Origin: Cycas panzhihuaensis
Taxonomy: Eukaryota; Plantae; Cycadophyta
Length of the DNA stretch: 64,000 nucleotides
Assembly: GCA_023213395.1 (NCBI GenBank)
Contig: CM041465.1
Coordinates: 44,151,741 to 44,215,740, forward strand
Reading direction: 5' to 3'
Within the stretch, counting starts at the first letter, position 1; each line of letters begins with the position of its first letter. The notes below the pieces were generated by a model, which was not told where the DNA came from, made no database searches, and was given only the letters and a program-made list of their open reading frames with translations. Of the stretch, positions 11,672 to 24,870 are shown piece after piece. A program made the position numbers and the translations under genes.

Positions 11672-12944
11672 TGTGACAAACCAAAAATCACGTCCTATTA
11701 GGCAAACCGACACATCCTATCACGCAAATTAGCACATCCCTTAGGTTACGGCACCCATTCTTGAGTAAAGTGTGGAAGAGTGATAGATGTACATCGTGGT
11801 TTATTTCTTAGAGCTTTGACTATTTGGTGGTAACCACAAGTAGTAGTGATTCATGAAGGAGCCCTCACCTCAAAGAGGACTAGCATTCATTTATTATATT
11901 CATTGTGTGTACTATTTGACTATTTTATGTAACTATGTTATTTTGTGTCTAATCCAGTTGTAGGTGATGTTACCAACCTATAGGGTTCGTAACAAGTTCC
12001 CCCACTCCGAAATGCAAGGGGCCTTGTCCATGTCCTCTACTAGATGAAACATATCGTAGGTGAGTTTATTGACTAAATTTTATAGCATTAACATTAAATC
12101 TTATGGTGATGTCACTATGTGTGCAAACTGTTGGGGCTCCTTGACTTGTTTAGTGAGTTTATCTAACTTATGTGCCATGTTTTTCTGAAACGGAGGGGTG
12201 TTGTGTGCTTTTTGAAAGGGAGTTTTTCCTTGTTTTTGTATAGTAGTTCTTGAACAGAGCTCCAAAACTTCCTTGACTCTATTCTTTTACCTACTAAATT
12301 GTACATTGGAGCAAAGATTGCAAACAAACACACAAAATCAAGAAAATAAATTCTAAAATTGGATATCGAATGGCCAAATTTTAATCGTTGGAAGTTGGGT
12401 ATCTAGTTCTTGCAAAATTCTAAAAATTTCCTTCAATCAACTTCTGAGATTAAATGCTTAGATAATTTGGCACCAGAATATGTCGAGCATAGGACACAAT
12501 GAAGTCTGATGCCACTGGAATTCAGATCCTCAACAAAACGTTGTCAAAATTTATATGCAAGGAAGTACAAAAATTCTAATGTAAACTGAAAAATGACCTA
12601 AGCTCCCTAGAATCAGATAGCTTTAATACCACTTGCTATGAACCAAACAAATTTGGTAACATTGCCTATCGTTGGATTAGACACAAAATAATAGAATTAT
12701 TACATAAAACAACAATCAAATAGTACAAAGAATGAATATAATAAATGAATCTTAGTCCTCTTTGAGATGAGGGCTCCTCTATGAATCACTGCTACCTACA
12801 ATTACCACCAAATAGCCAAGCTCCAAGAAATAAGGCAGAGTGTCCATCCATCACTCTTCCACACTTGAAATACTCAAGAATGGGTGGTGTAACCCAAGGG
12901 ACATGTCAGTTTGCCTAACGAAACGTGTCTTTTGGTTCATAATA
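11672..12944 (-). mobile_element. Small non-coding LTR element with mutually inverted LTRs (11672-11994 +, 12634-12944 -)
   Basis: The reverse complement of 12634-12944 aligns with 11672-11994. Minus-strand PBS TGGTATTAAAGC at 12620-12631. Minus-strand PPT-like GGAGTGGGGGA at ~11998-12015. Confidence 0.8.
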
Positions 12945-15900
12945 GCATTTGTTGAGTCAAATCCAGTAGGATAATGCAATGCATGCAAGCAAGTACTACA
13001 TGCTACAGAATCAGTAAAGCCCATACCATAACCCCCACAAGAGGAAGTATAAAATAAATACATGGAATCCTTCATCAGATTCATCAATTATTGGGTGAAT
13101 GATTGCCTACGACTATCTGTGTATGGAATGATATGTCATATAATGATGTTGCTTGAGGATTGTCATTGTTAGTATGTAAGCCTAACATGCAGGAGCGAGG
13201 TCGCTTAATGGGCGGCTATGGGACAATTGGTGTGCTACCTTCCAATCAACACCCATGGAAACTTTTTTCCAGAAGCACAACTAAAAACAAGTTTAATAGT
13301 TGGAAATGCCCATGAAACGTTTTAGAAAAGTATAAACTACAGAGAAAAAGGTTTCTAAGACATTTTGGTAGAGTTTCTAAGTAGTTGCCAAGTTTCTAAA
13401 ACATAGAACCATCAAGGAAACTAGAATTTCATGTAACATAAACCAATATAGATATAAAGGGATAAATATATAGAGCTAATATATATAAGTGCAAGCAAGT
13501 TGATTAAGAGAAATGCCCTTAGCATGACCCAAGGGCTGCCTGTCAGAATTAATGACTCCTCCATTAATTATTTCAATGTACTATAAAGTGAATCACTTTA
13601 ATAACTTAATCTTATAAAGTGCAATTATAAATTAAAGTTGTTACTAGGTCATGTGTAATTCACATTGACTCCTTTACCCTCGTGCTATTATTTTTAACAA
13701 GTTGCCAGCTTTAACTACCTCACCGATTTTGGACTCTTGGATCAAATTAATCCTAGCCATCGGTTTATGCATTTAAGCATGACCAATGTACCCTCTCATG
13801 TATGACAGAGACACACTTGAGAATTTTAGTGTGTGTGTTTCATTAATGAAGAGATTATTTTTTGGGCTTGACCTTAATTTCTACCCCCCCCCCCCCGATT
13901 TCTTGTGTTAGTGATTATGCATATGTGTCTTGAATGTTTAATTTTTTGTGTTTGTTGATCCTGGTTGAGAGGAGAGTTAATCTCTTCTTCTTTTATTTGG
14001 TATCAGAGCTTCGAGTTGTGACTCTCCTTTTTCTTCAAGGTTGCAAGACTATGTGAAGAAGGAAGATGTGTTTTAGTAGGTGACTCCATTTGTGTTGGAT
14101 GGTTCATTATTTAAGCTTATTACATGAGGCATCTCCTTCCCTAGTTGGTGGCTGAGAGCTAACAGTATTTCATAGATTGTTTATTTCTCTTTGGCAACCT
14201 GCTATCATCCATTGAGTCTCTATTAAGCACATGTTCCCTACTTTGGCAACTCTTTATCTCCAGGTTGGCGATCTCCTTTTTCTGGTGTCTGGACCCTTAC
14301 GTTTCAGTTCTCTGTCCATGTGACTTGCTAACGTTTGGGCAGCTTGTTTATTAGTCGGCATCTTCCCATTGAAGCTACAGTCTTGGTGGACATCGTTGCA
14401 GGCCCATGCGCCTCTCATTCTCTGTTGCAACTTGGTTTTTTAAATCCCCTAGCCTCTTAATGTGACTTAGTAACAATTTCTATGGTTTGATCTCATCTGC
14501 AAGGCTTGAAGACCATTGCATCGAAATTTTTTTTAGTATTCTTCTCTGTCATTGGCCGTGCACCTATTTGGAGGGTTCGATTGATCTCTCTTACAATCTG
14601 GCAAATGAAACCTTGACATATGGCTACTTGAATTCATCGTTGGGACGGGCAGACTCTGGATCCAGTGTTAGTTCATCAAATCTCTACTTCTTTTACCAGA
14701 TATCTGCGATTAAGTGACCAAAAAGTCACCTCTATCACTATGCAAAAATATCATTTTTCGAAAGCCTAATGTTTTATAACTTTATGTTATAAACATTGGC
14801 ATATTATGGGGTATCTTCCTTTTTTAATATTTGCCTTTTTCTAAAGTCTCCTTTAAATCACCTTTTTCTACCTTATTTTAAGTCCTTTTTCAGTACTTTG
14901 TCAATCCTATCATTTTATCCTACTTTTTAAAAATTAAATACAAAATTGTAACTTGAAAGATAAAAAAAATTAATACCCAAATTAATAATTTTACTTTTTA
15001 TTTTCCAATCCTACAAAGGGAACGATTAGGACCCCTAAAGTTATCACCCACACACATGTGAGTTGTATGCACTCGGACAAGCAAGCTAGGAGACAACTCA
15101 CTATCAAGTGTATAAAGTGACGGACTGAGGTGTTAAACCTTAAACTTGGTGTTTTGGAGACCGGGTTAGATCTAAAGGGGGTGCGTGCCTTGGTTGTAAG
15201 TGTCCCCTTAGACAAAGATATGTCATTCGGTGATAAATATAGCACGGGTGGACCAATGGTGTCAGGGGGGTGACTATGCCTTTAGAGCCCTAGACTGCCA
15301 CCTATGAGCAAGTACGCCACTAGACAGGATTGTCTCAACATACCAGGGGCTTGGAAACAAGGAGACACTATAAAACTTTTGATCCTAGACTAGTAAACCC
15401 CCTAGATAGTCAGAACATTATTGAAACTGATACATCATTATCATGGCATTGCAAATGGTGACTACTAATGCTATTAAGTTGTCAAGCAGTGATAATTTTT
15501 TGGCTTGGAAGAAACAAGTCAAACATCTACTTGTAATGAACAAAATATGGGATTATATTTCCTAGAAATTTTGAAAACTAGTACCCACTCCCAGTCCAAC
15601 TAATCCTATTGTCCTTGTTCCTCCTAACCCCATTGCCCTTGCCACCTTCAATGAAGCTGATGAAATTCCCCTTTCCTTCTTGCATCTATCATGTGAAGAC
15701 AATGTTGATCGGAATATTGAAATTGCTACCACAACAACTAAAGCTTGGAACATACTCGGTTCCCTATATGAAAGAAAGGACAATGCCAAAGCTATCATGT
15801 TGAAAGGTCAACTATATTCCATCCCCTATGCTGGTTCTGTTATAACACATATGACCCAAGTTAAAACACTTTGAAATCAATTGACAATTCTTGGACATCC

Positions 15901-16452
15901 ACCTTCAGACAGTGATCTAGCATCATGCATTGTCAGAGTGCTTCTTGCTAGCTTTAATTCCCTCATTTCTAATTTGTCACATTCCAAGGAACTTGCTACT
16001 ATGGACTTCAATACTCTTAAGGGATATATGTTGCAAGAAGAGAACATTTTGAATCAACTTGGAGAGACTAGCTCCTCCTCGTTCACTCCTACCTTAGCAA
16101 CAAAACATAAGGGAAGATAACAATGTTAGAACTTGTACCAATAGTTTGGCTCAATGAATTTGAACCGACATCAGCAACAACAACAACAAAACAGATAAGT
16201 TGCTTCTCACTATTATGGCAAACTTGGACATATTGCTCCTAAATGCAAGAAGAAGAGATATGATCAACAACAACAACAACACTCTAGCCTTGCAAATCGA
16301 GGCACTTTCAATTGAGGTCGTGGCAATTTTAAAGGTGGCAGACAGACAAATTTTAATGCCCTAAATCTAAATTAAGGCAATACACAAAACAAGAATCATA
16401 ATCACAACCAGCAACGAAATCAAGATCAAGGAGACCATATGGCTAATACTCA

Positions 16453-18524
16453 TGTTAAGAAACATAAATAAACACATACATGTTTACACTCGGCAGAATT
16501 TTTTACCATACACAACAAGAAAACAAGATAAACACAGAGAACAAATGCACAATACATAGGATATATGTGGGAAACCCTTTCAAGAAAAAAACCACCACAA
16601 AGATCTATCAATCACATTGATTACCACTTGATTGATATGAATATACAGGGGACTCTAGGATATTTATAATCCCACAAGAGGTGTCAATCATTAAGGGTTG
16701 TAACTCTCCACATAACTTGCACCTTTTCATTAATCACATAATTAAACCACCACATTAACATTAACAAGTGACTTAATATTAAATTGCCACGCTAACATTC
16801 CCCCCTTAATGTGAATGTGGGGAACTTGCAGTAGTTTAGTTATCATGAAGGCTGGACTATCCTGCTCCTTTATCCTTGTCAATACATTCCCCCCTCAAGG
16901 ATACCTTTTGTAAGTCCCAATCCAGTGCACATCTTTGTGAATTGATCTTTAGTAAACACTTTGGTGAAAACGTCTGCAAGTTGATATTCACTCGGGCAAT
17001 AGATGACCTGCAACTTCCCTGATTTGAACTGTTCACGGATGCAATAGTGTTGTATCACAATGTGCTTCATATGAGCATGAAACTCTAGATTCTTTGGTAA
17101 GCAAATGGTACTCTGATTATCAACAAAAATAATTAGGTTGCCATTTGATACTCCAAGAACTTCCAAGAGACCATGCAACCATACAACTTCTTTCACATCA
17201 ACACTGAATCCTTGATATTCTACCTCCTGGCCTTTCTTAATGAATCCCATAGGTTATGACACATAAATCCTCCTTTAAATTCTCCTTTAAGAAATATGGA
17301 CTTAACGTCCATCTAGTGTAACTCCCAACCATATGCAATTGCTAAGGAAATGATCAAATGGACAACCTTAATACACATCAACTGACGCTTCATATAATAT
17401 TTCAGATTCCAAACAACATGAGTCAACAAACACGACAACCACATGAGGGGTTGTGGCCTATGCAAGTCTTCTTGAACCCTCATGACTTATCTACACCAAT
17501 TCCAACTAGAAGAAACACCCAAATGCAATCCTCTACACATTCAACAACCCCTGGTTCAGTCTTATGTGGAAAGGATTCATAGCATGAAGAGAAATAGGGC
17601 CACAAGTGCTCAAAAAATCGCCCAATCTCTAGCACTCAACCACACACTCAGAACAATCCACAATACAACTTTAATTGTTGCTCAATATCCTTCTTATGGA
17701 CAAGAAACCTCCTTAACGAAATACAATCTCGCCCTCATGTAAGGAAACTTGACTATTTTGGTGTAAATTATTGATTTTTAATGACAAACATAATTGAACT
17801 TCTTCAAAATTAGAGCAAACTTACTTGAATGATGTGCAATAATGCCCAACACTGCTAGATCTCCATCAAAACATGCTCTGTTGGCCTTGGGTTTTACCCA
17901 ATACATCCAACCAACTCCATATGACCCCACAACAAGCCAACTCAATCCACAAAAGGCTTGCAAGTCTAATTTTTGACCCCCAAACAGTGCACTAACCTTG
18001 TTGATAGGTGAATTTCACCTCCTCAACCATTATTGAATATAGTGCTTGCTCCTGCAAGTTGTTGGAGAAGATAAGTCCTCAAGAAAACATGGGTTTTGAT
18101 AGCATCACCTGGCAACCTACGATCTCATCGCTCCACCCAACTCTGGTCTCAGTTGTGTAGGACCCTACAGTTCTAATACCATGTTAAGAAATGCGAATAA
18201 ATGCATACATGTTTACACTCCACTGAATCTTTTACCATACACAGCAAGCAAATAAGAAACATTGAAAATAGTTGCACAATACACAGGATATACGTGGAAA
18301 ACCCTTTTGAAAAAAAACCCACCACAAAGTTCTATCGATCACATTGATTACTACTTGATTGATATGAATATACAAGGGACTTCGAGATATTTATAATCCC
18401 TCAAGTGGTGTCAACCGTTAAGGGTTGTGACTCTCCGCATAACTCACACCTTTTCGTTAATCACATAATTAAACCACCACATTAACATTAATAAGTGGCT
18501 TAATATTAAACTGCCACACTAACA
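16453..18524 (-). mobile_element. Non-autonomous copia deletion derivative; LTRs 16453-16797 and 18182-18524; TSD ACTCA
   Basis: PBS at 18170-18181 and PPT at 16798-16808. Only RT and RNase H scraps remain (IFVDNQSTICL, HIVIQHYCIRE). Leader and 3' end match the element at 45928-51622. Confidence 0.95.
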
Positions 18525-20493
18525 ACTCAGAACTTGTTTTATGCTACTTTTGTGAGCTCAACATAGTGAAACTTCCTAGTTGATTAATTTAGGTGCTTCC
18601 CATCACATGACAGGTTCTAAAAATTTGCTTGCTAATACTCACCCTATACAGAATTAATTAATAACCTTCAATGACAATGTTGTATATGAGATTACTAAGA
18701 TTGGCAATGCTCCTATTTCATTGCAAAATTCTAATATTCAGCATCATCTGAACAATGTTTTTTATGTACCTAGGATGATAAAGAATTTGTTATCTATCAA
18801 TCAAATCAACAAGTAGAAGTATGATGTCTTATTCAGCCATCTTGGCAAATGTTAAATCAGTGACTTAGATGGTAAAGTCATTGCCACTAGATATGAAGAT
18901 CAAGGCTTTTACAAGCTTGATGCAACATCTATTGTACCACTTCTACATGCAAATAATGGTGCAAAAATTAATATTACTTCTGGTAATGATGCTCAAGAGC
19001 AACCTTTTTCCAATGCACTTGCTTCTCAAACTCTTTCCAAGGACCAATTATGGCATCAACATTTTGGTCTCCTGAATATGAATAGCCTTCATCTACTGTT
19101 CAAGTTCAATATGGTGCATGGGTTTGCCTAAAATTAAACAGGCGAAGTGTTTGTGCCTCCATAATGGGAAAGCATCATAGAGCACCATTTAACTCTAATG
19201 GCAAAGTTTGGATTGCTCAGCAATCACTTGGCCTTGTCCACTCTAACATTTATGGACCTATGTCACAAGATTCATTTAGTGGTTGTTGATATTTCATCAC
19301 CTTTATTGATGACTTTTGCCATGAAATATGGGTCTATTTTTTGAAGTTGAAATCTGAAGCCTTTAAAAAATTCAAAGAACTCAAAATTAACGCTGAAAGA
19401 GAATCAAATATGCCACTCAAAATTCTTCGATGTGATAATGGAGGCGAATACAAGTCGAATGAATTTACACAATTCTGCAAGGACAATGGCATTAAGCGAC
19501 AGTTTTCTACCCTGTACACTCCTCAGCAAAATGGTGTTGTTGAGAGAAGGAATTAGACTTTGGTAAGTAAAGGCAAGACCATGCTTACCGCAAAAAATCT
19601 TGGACTTCAATTTTGGGTTGAAGTAGTCAATACTGTATACTTATCTCACCAACTGTAGTCCAACAAAAGTAGTGTTGAACATCACACCCAAGGAGGCTTG
19701 GTCTGGCCAAAACCCTACAATCTCGCATTTGCATACTTTTGGATGTGTTGCATATATGCACATACCAAAAAAATAACGAAAGAAGCTTGATGATAAAAGC
19801 AAGAAATGTATTTTCATTGGCTATGTGCCCGACTACAAAGCTTATAAACTTTATGATCTTGCTACACGGCAAATGCACACCTCTCAAGATGTCATCTTCT
19901 CTTAAGCAAATATGGATTTGAATCCACTAAGTATCTTCTTTCCTATTGATCAAGAGGATTTTGCACCAGCTGATGTGCCTCCTTCAGTCTCAATGGATGG
20001 TCCTCCAATTACAGTTGATGGATCAACTCCATCAACCTCTTATTCTCTCGATCCTTCGTTTGCTCCCAGTCCCTCTACTTCTACCTCCACGATCTCTCCA
20101 AAAGATCTTCATGTAGACGTTGTTTCTAAAAGGTTGCCAAAATAGTACTTGCAAACTATCACTTCTACTCCTTCATTGCTTCCTACAGACCCAAAGCGAC
20201 AATCAAAATATAGGCATTCTACAAACTTTGCCTTAACGGCACAAGTCTTATCTGCTCCTGAGCTGTCCACTTTTGAGGAGGCAGCCACAAACCAAAAGTG
20301 GAAGGCTACTATGAATGATGAAATGGATTTCATTCTTCAGAATGATACATGGGAGCTTGCTAAGCTACCTGAAGGAAAGAAACCCATTGATTGCTGTTGG
20401 ATCTACAAAACCAAATTTCATGCAGATGGTTCCATTCAGCAACACAAAGCTCGATTGGTAGCTAAAGGTTTCAAACAAATTGAGGGCATTGAT

Positions 20494-22822
20494 TGTAATG
20501 AACCTATACCACATGTAATAAGTTAGAAGGTTATTGGTTAAGAAGGATAATGTAGGAGTATTTAATAATAGTGAAAAGGTGGGATTGGGTAGCTTAACAG
20601 TAGAATAATATAATAATAGGGGGGGTCCTCTTATAAATATGACACCCCCATCTTATGTAAAGCATCATCATATATTTATGAATACAATCTATTTGGATTC
20701 ACTTCGGTGCCCCTTTTGGTTCTCATTTGGTGATCACTCTGTCTTTTGGCATTCTTCTTCTTTTGCTCTCTTAGTGTCGTGGTTACAGGGGTTGGCCCGT
20801 AACAAGTAGTATCAAAGCCATTTCTGATCCATACAAAACCAAATAGCAACAGTTGCTTTTCCTCAATGGACACAAAAAGTAAAGAGGATTTTCCTTCTTC
20901 AACTCAATATTCACTTGTAACAGACCTAGGGTTTGTTATCTCCTCATGCAAAGATACACAAATAAATTTCAATGGAACCAAGAAAACCAACACCTACAAT
21001 AAAACAAGGAGGAAGAAAAGAAAAAAAAAAAAAAGATTAAAAGATTAAAAAATGGACCCAATGGCTTACAGAAAGAAACTCGCACTCTATGAAAAAAAGG
21101 GTCTTAGTGACTAGTACTTTTACTTTGAACAATTCTTTTTCGACTATAATGATGACCTTGACCTCACTTACTTTGGGATGGTTGGTCACATTGAGCTTTA
21201 CGATTGGGTTGCCACTCTGGAACAATTCTTTGAAGATTATTCTATAGTTTACTACTTCAAGCAGGACTATGCCAAGATCATATTTGCTATGGCGTTCTTG
21301 CAATGGGGTCTCCGTCGAACAACTTGGGAATGGTATCTCTCATACCCAAATCCAAATTAGGCATCCTTTAAGATAGGAGTTCAAAGGGAAATAGAAGCTT
21401 GCCTAACTATTGATGCTTCCACAAAAGAAGATGTACAGTGTAATGAACCTATACCACATGTAATAGGTTAGAAGGTTAAGGGTTAAGGAGGATAAGGTAG
21501 GAGTATTTAATAATAATGAAAAGGTAGGATTGGGTAGCTTAGCAGTAGAATAATATAATAATAGGGTGGTCCTCTTATAAATATAACACCCCCATCTTAT
21601 GTAAGGCATTTTAATATAATTATGAATACAATCTATTTGAGTTCATTTCAATGCCCCTTTTGGTTCTCATTGGGTGATCACTCTGTCTCTTGGCATTCTT
21701 AACCTTTTACTTTATCTTAATGTCATGGTTACATGGGTTGGCCCGTAACATACAGGACTAAGAATCTATCCAGTTGGGAGAAAATGATGTGTTGCAGGAC
21801 CACGATAACTCAAATGATGAAGAAAATGGGGAAACAAGGATCAAGTTACTTCATTTTAATCTTGATGGTTCTATCATTTTTTATGACTTGCTTGCATCCA
21901 TTCTTGCATACTTTGAAAAACTTGACTTGACAGAATATCACAAGCTTTGCTTAGGTATTCAACAATTGGAAGGTCCCCTTTAATCGTGGGCATGAGAGTG
22001 GTGCTAAAATACATACAAGCCAATTGGGACCTCTTCATTTATGTACTTCGTCAACATATTGAAGCACTCATTCCTAACCAGCATACCCTTATGGAAGGCG
22101 AGGCCAAACAAGAAGAAGAAGGGAAAGAGGAAGAAAGAGAAGATGAGGTAAATTTTACCTTGGATCAACAAGTTGAAATCTATTTACTTGAAGGTCTAAA
22201 CATCAAGTTGGCTCCATCAACATTTAGGTTGCATGAACATTTGGGTTCTCATTTTTGTGAATTTCCATATTACTACACCATGGGTCCATATTTCTTTGAT
22301 TCCGACAGTCAAATGAAAGAGTCACTCTTTTTTGGACCACATTACCATGGACTTGTACATCTTTTCTCAACAACAAGATTTACAAGAACATCTCCCCGTC
22401 ATCACCTTGATCAAACCACTACCTATGACATACTAGCAATAGCAGGTGGTGGACACATATATTTTTGTATTAAGACGCTTTGAGGGCAAAGCATCTAAGG
22501 GAAGAGGGCATGTAATGAACCTATACCACATGTAATAGGTTAGAAGGTTAAGGGTTAAGAAGGATAAGGTAGGAGTATTTAATAATAGTGAAAAGGTGGA
22601 ATTGGGTAGCTTAGCGATAAAGTAATATAATAATAGGGTGGTCCTCTTATAAATATGACACCCCCATTCTATGTAAGGCATCTTGATATATTTATGAATA
22701 CAATCTATTTGGGTTCACTTCAATGTCCCTTTTGGTTCTCATTTGGTAATCACTCTGTCTCTTGGCATTCTTCCCCTTTTCCTCTCTCTTATTGTCATGG
22801 TTACAGGGGTTGGCCTGCAACA
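20494..22822 (+). mobile_element. Non-autonomous (LARD/TRIM-like, probably gypsy-derived) element; LTRs 20494-20804 and 22511-22822; TSD TTGAT
   Basis: PBS-like AGTAGTATCAAAGCCA and PPT AAGGGAAGAGGG. Inserted within the host RT motif GID|YDETF. Gag-like relics (YDWVATLEQFF; ILAYFEKLDL), no pol. Confidence 0.93.
21439..21750 (+). mobile_element. Solo LTR of the same family inserted inside its relative; TSD TACAG
   Basis: Third LTR copy TGTAATGAACC...CCCGTAACA flanked by TACAG on both sides. Confidence 0.95.
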
Positions 22823-24870
22823 TTGATTATGATGAGACATTTGCCCTTGTTGCCAACATTACCACTGTTCGGCTTGTTTTGGCAATTATAGCTCAATTTC
22901 ATTAACCAATATTCTAGATGGACATCAAAAGTGCCTTTTTGAATGGTGATTTACATGAAGAAGTTTATTTGAAACAACATCCTAGCTATGTTGTTTGTGG
23001 CAAAGAACACTTAGTTTATAGACTTAAGAAGGATTTGTATGGCCTTAAACAATCACCTCATGCATGGTATGCGAAGATTAATGACTACTTCCAGAAGCAT
23101 AGACTTATCCGCTCATCCTTGGATCCTAATCTGTACATCAAAATGTAAGACAACTTGATCACACTTGTCATACTTTATGTTGATGATTTGTTGATTATCA
23201 GCAACGACACAGTGTGGATTTCATATCTTCAAAGGGAACTCAATAGCAACTTCGAGATGACTGACCTTGGACTACCACACTATTTGCTTGGTATTGAGGT
23301 CTAACAATAGGCAAGTCATATCTTCCTTTCTCAGGCCAAATATGCAAGGTAGATATTGCAAAAATCAAGAATGAACTATTGCAAGCCTTCGCCTACCTCG
23401 ATGGAGACTAGACTCAAATTGGATACTGATGAGCATGGCAAACCTATCGACCCCACTTTGTACAGACAGCTCATGGGGAGTTTGATCTACTTGACCCATA
23501 CTTGCCCAGACATCTCTTATGCAGTTGGGATCTGTTATAGGTATATGACACAACCCAAATTCTCATATTGTAATGCAACCAAGCTGATTCTCAGATATCT
23601 CCACAAATCACTATAGTTTGGTATTGATTATTGTCAAGTGAATAATTCTTCATTGGCAGGTTTTACAGATGCAAATTGGGTTGGTTGCCAATATAGCGAA
23701 TGATCAACCTCACGCTATTGTTTTAACCTAGGCTCTGCAATTGTTTCCTGGAGTTGCAAGAAGCAACCTAATGTTACCTTGTCATCTATGAAAGCAAAAT
23801 ATAAAGTTGTTGTCAATGTAGCTACTGAAGCTATCTAGCTTAGAAGGATTCTTATTGAGCTTGGTCTTGAACAAACACAAGCTACCCCACTCTTCTGCAA
23901 CAATCAAAGTGTCCTAAAGCTGACCAAGAATCCAATGTTCCTTGCATAAGACAAAACATATCAAGGTACACCATTATTTTATCAAAGAATGTGTACAAGA
24001 TAGGGAGATTGATATTGTGTTCAAGCCAACTGACAAACAAGTTGTTGATATCTTCACAAAAGAACTTGGCAAAGACAAATTGAACAGTTTTGGCACAACC
24101 TCGGTATTCAAATTAATGAAGTCATCATTAAGGGAGGGTGTCAAAATTAATGACTCCTTCATTAATTATTTCAATGTACTTTTCAATGTAATGTAAAGTG
24201 AGACACTTTAATAACTTAACATTAGAAAGTGCAATTGTAAATTAAAGTTGTTAATAGGACATATGTAATTCACACTGACCCCTTTACCCTCATGTTGTTG
24301 ATTTTAGCAGGTTGTTAGCTTTAACTACCTCACTAATTTTAGACCCTTGGATCAAATTAATCCTAGCCATCGGTTTGTGTATTTAAGCATGAGCAATGTA
24401 CCCTCTCATGTATGAGATGTGAGACACACTTGAAAATTTCAGTGTGTGTGTTTTACTAATGAGGTGATTATTTTTGGAGCTTGAACTTAATTTCTACCCC
24501 TCCATTTCTTGTGTTGGTGATTATGCATATGTGCCTTGAATGATTAATTTTCAATGTTTATTGATCCTGGTTTAGAGGAGAGTTAATCTCTTCTTTCACT
24601 GCCACCCATTATTGAGTGTTGTCTACCTTTGTTATTAATAATATAACTTGCAAATTGTTGTATGTCTATTGGCTATTTATTAGAAGGGCAAGAAAATCAA
24701 GAGATTGTGAATGAAAACCTTGCTAGAACGACTTATAGATTATACTTTCCCCCTTAAGCCTTTTAAGACAGTTAGGAACTTAAGCCCAGTAATAGGTTGA
24801 TAGAATTAACTAAATGGTTTCACAAAAGGCGAGCTTCAAAATATTAAAGTTCTTCACCAACCGGTCAAAA

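Larger units (their letters stand above)
13541..24598 (+). mobile_element. Full-length decayed Ty1/copia element with two nested insertions; LTRs 13541-13995 and 24139-24598; TSD CTGCC
   Basis: Homologous LTRs, PBS TGGTATCAGAGC at 13998 and PPT AAGGGAGGG. CTGCC flanks both ends. Gag from ATG 15443, then IN (RCDNGGEY), RT and RH with many stops. Protein relics resemble the 4627 element. Confidence 0.96.

Noticed and set aside
13255-13440. hAT/MITE-like remnant (GGAAAC/GTTTC motifs); similar GACAC/GACAT pentamers at 600-680
   Set aside because: No paired TIRs or TSD could be identified.
20494-22822. Tandem three-LTR element from recombination or read-through
   Set aside because: The middle LTR has its own TSD (TACAG) and lacks an adjacent PBS/PPT.
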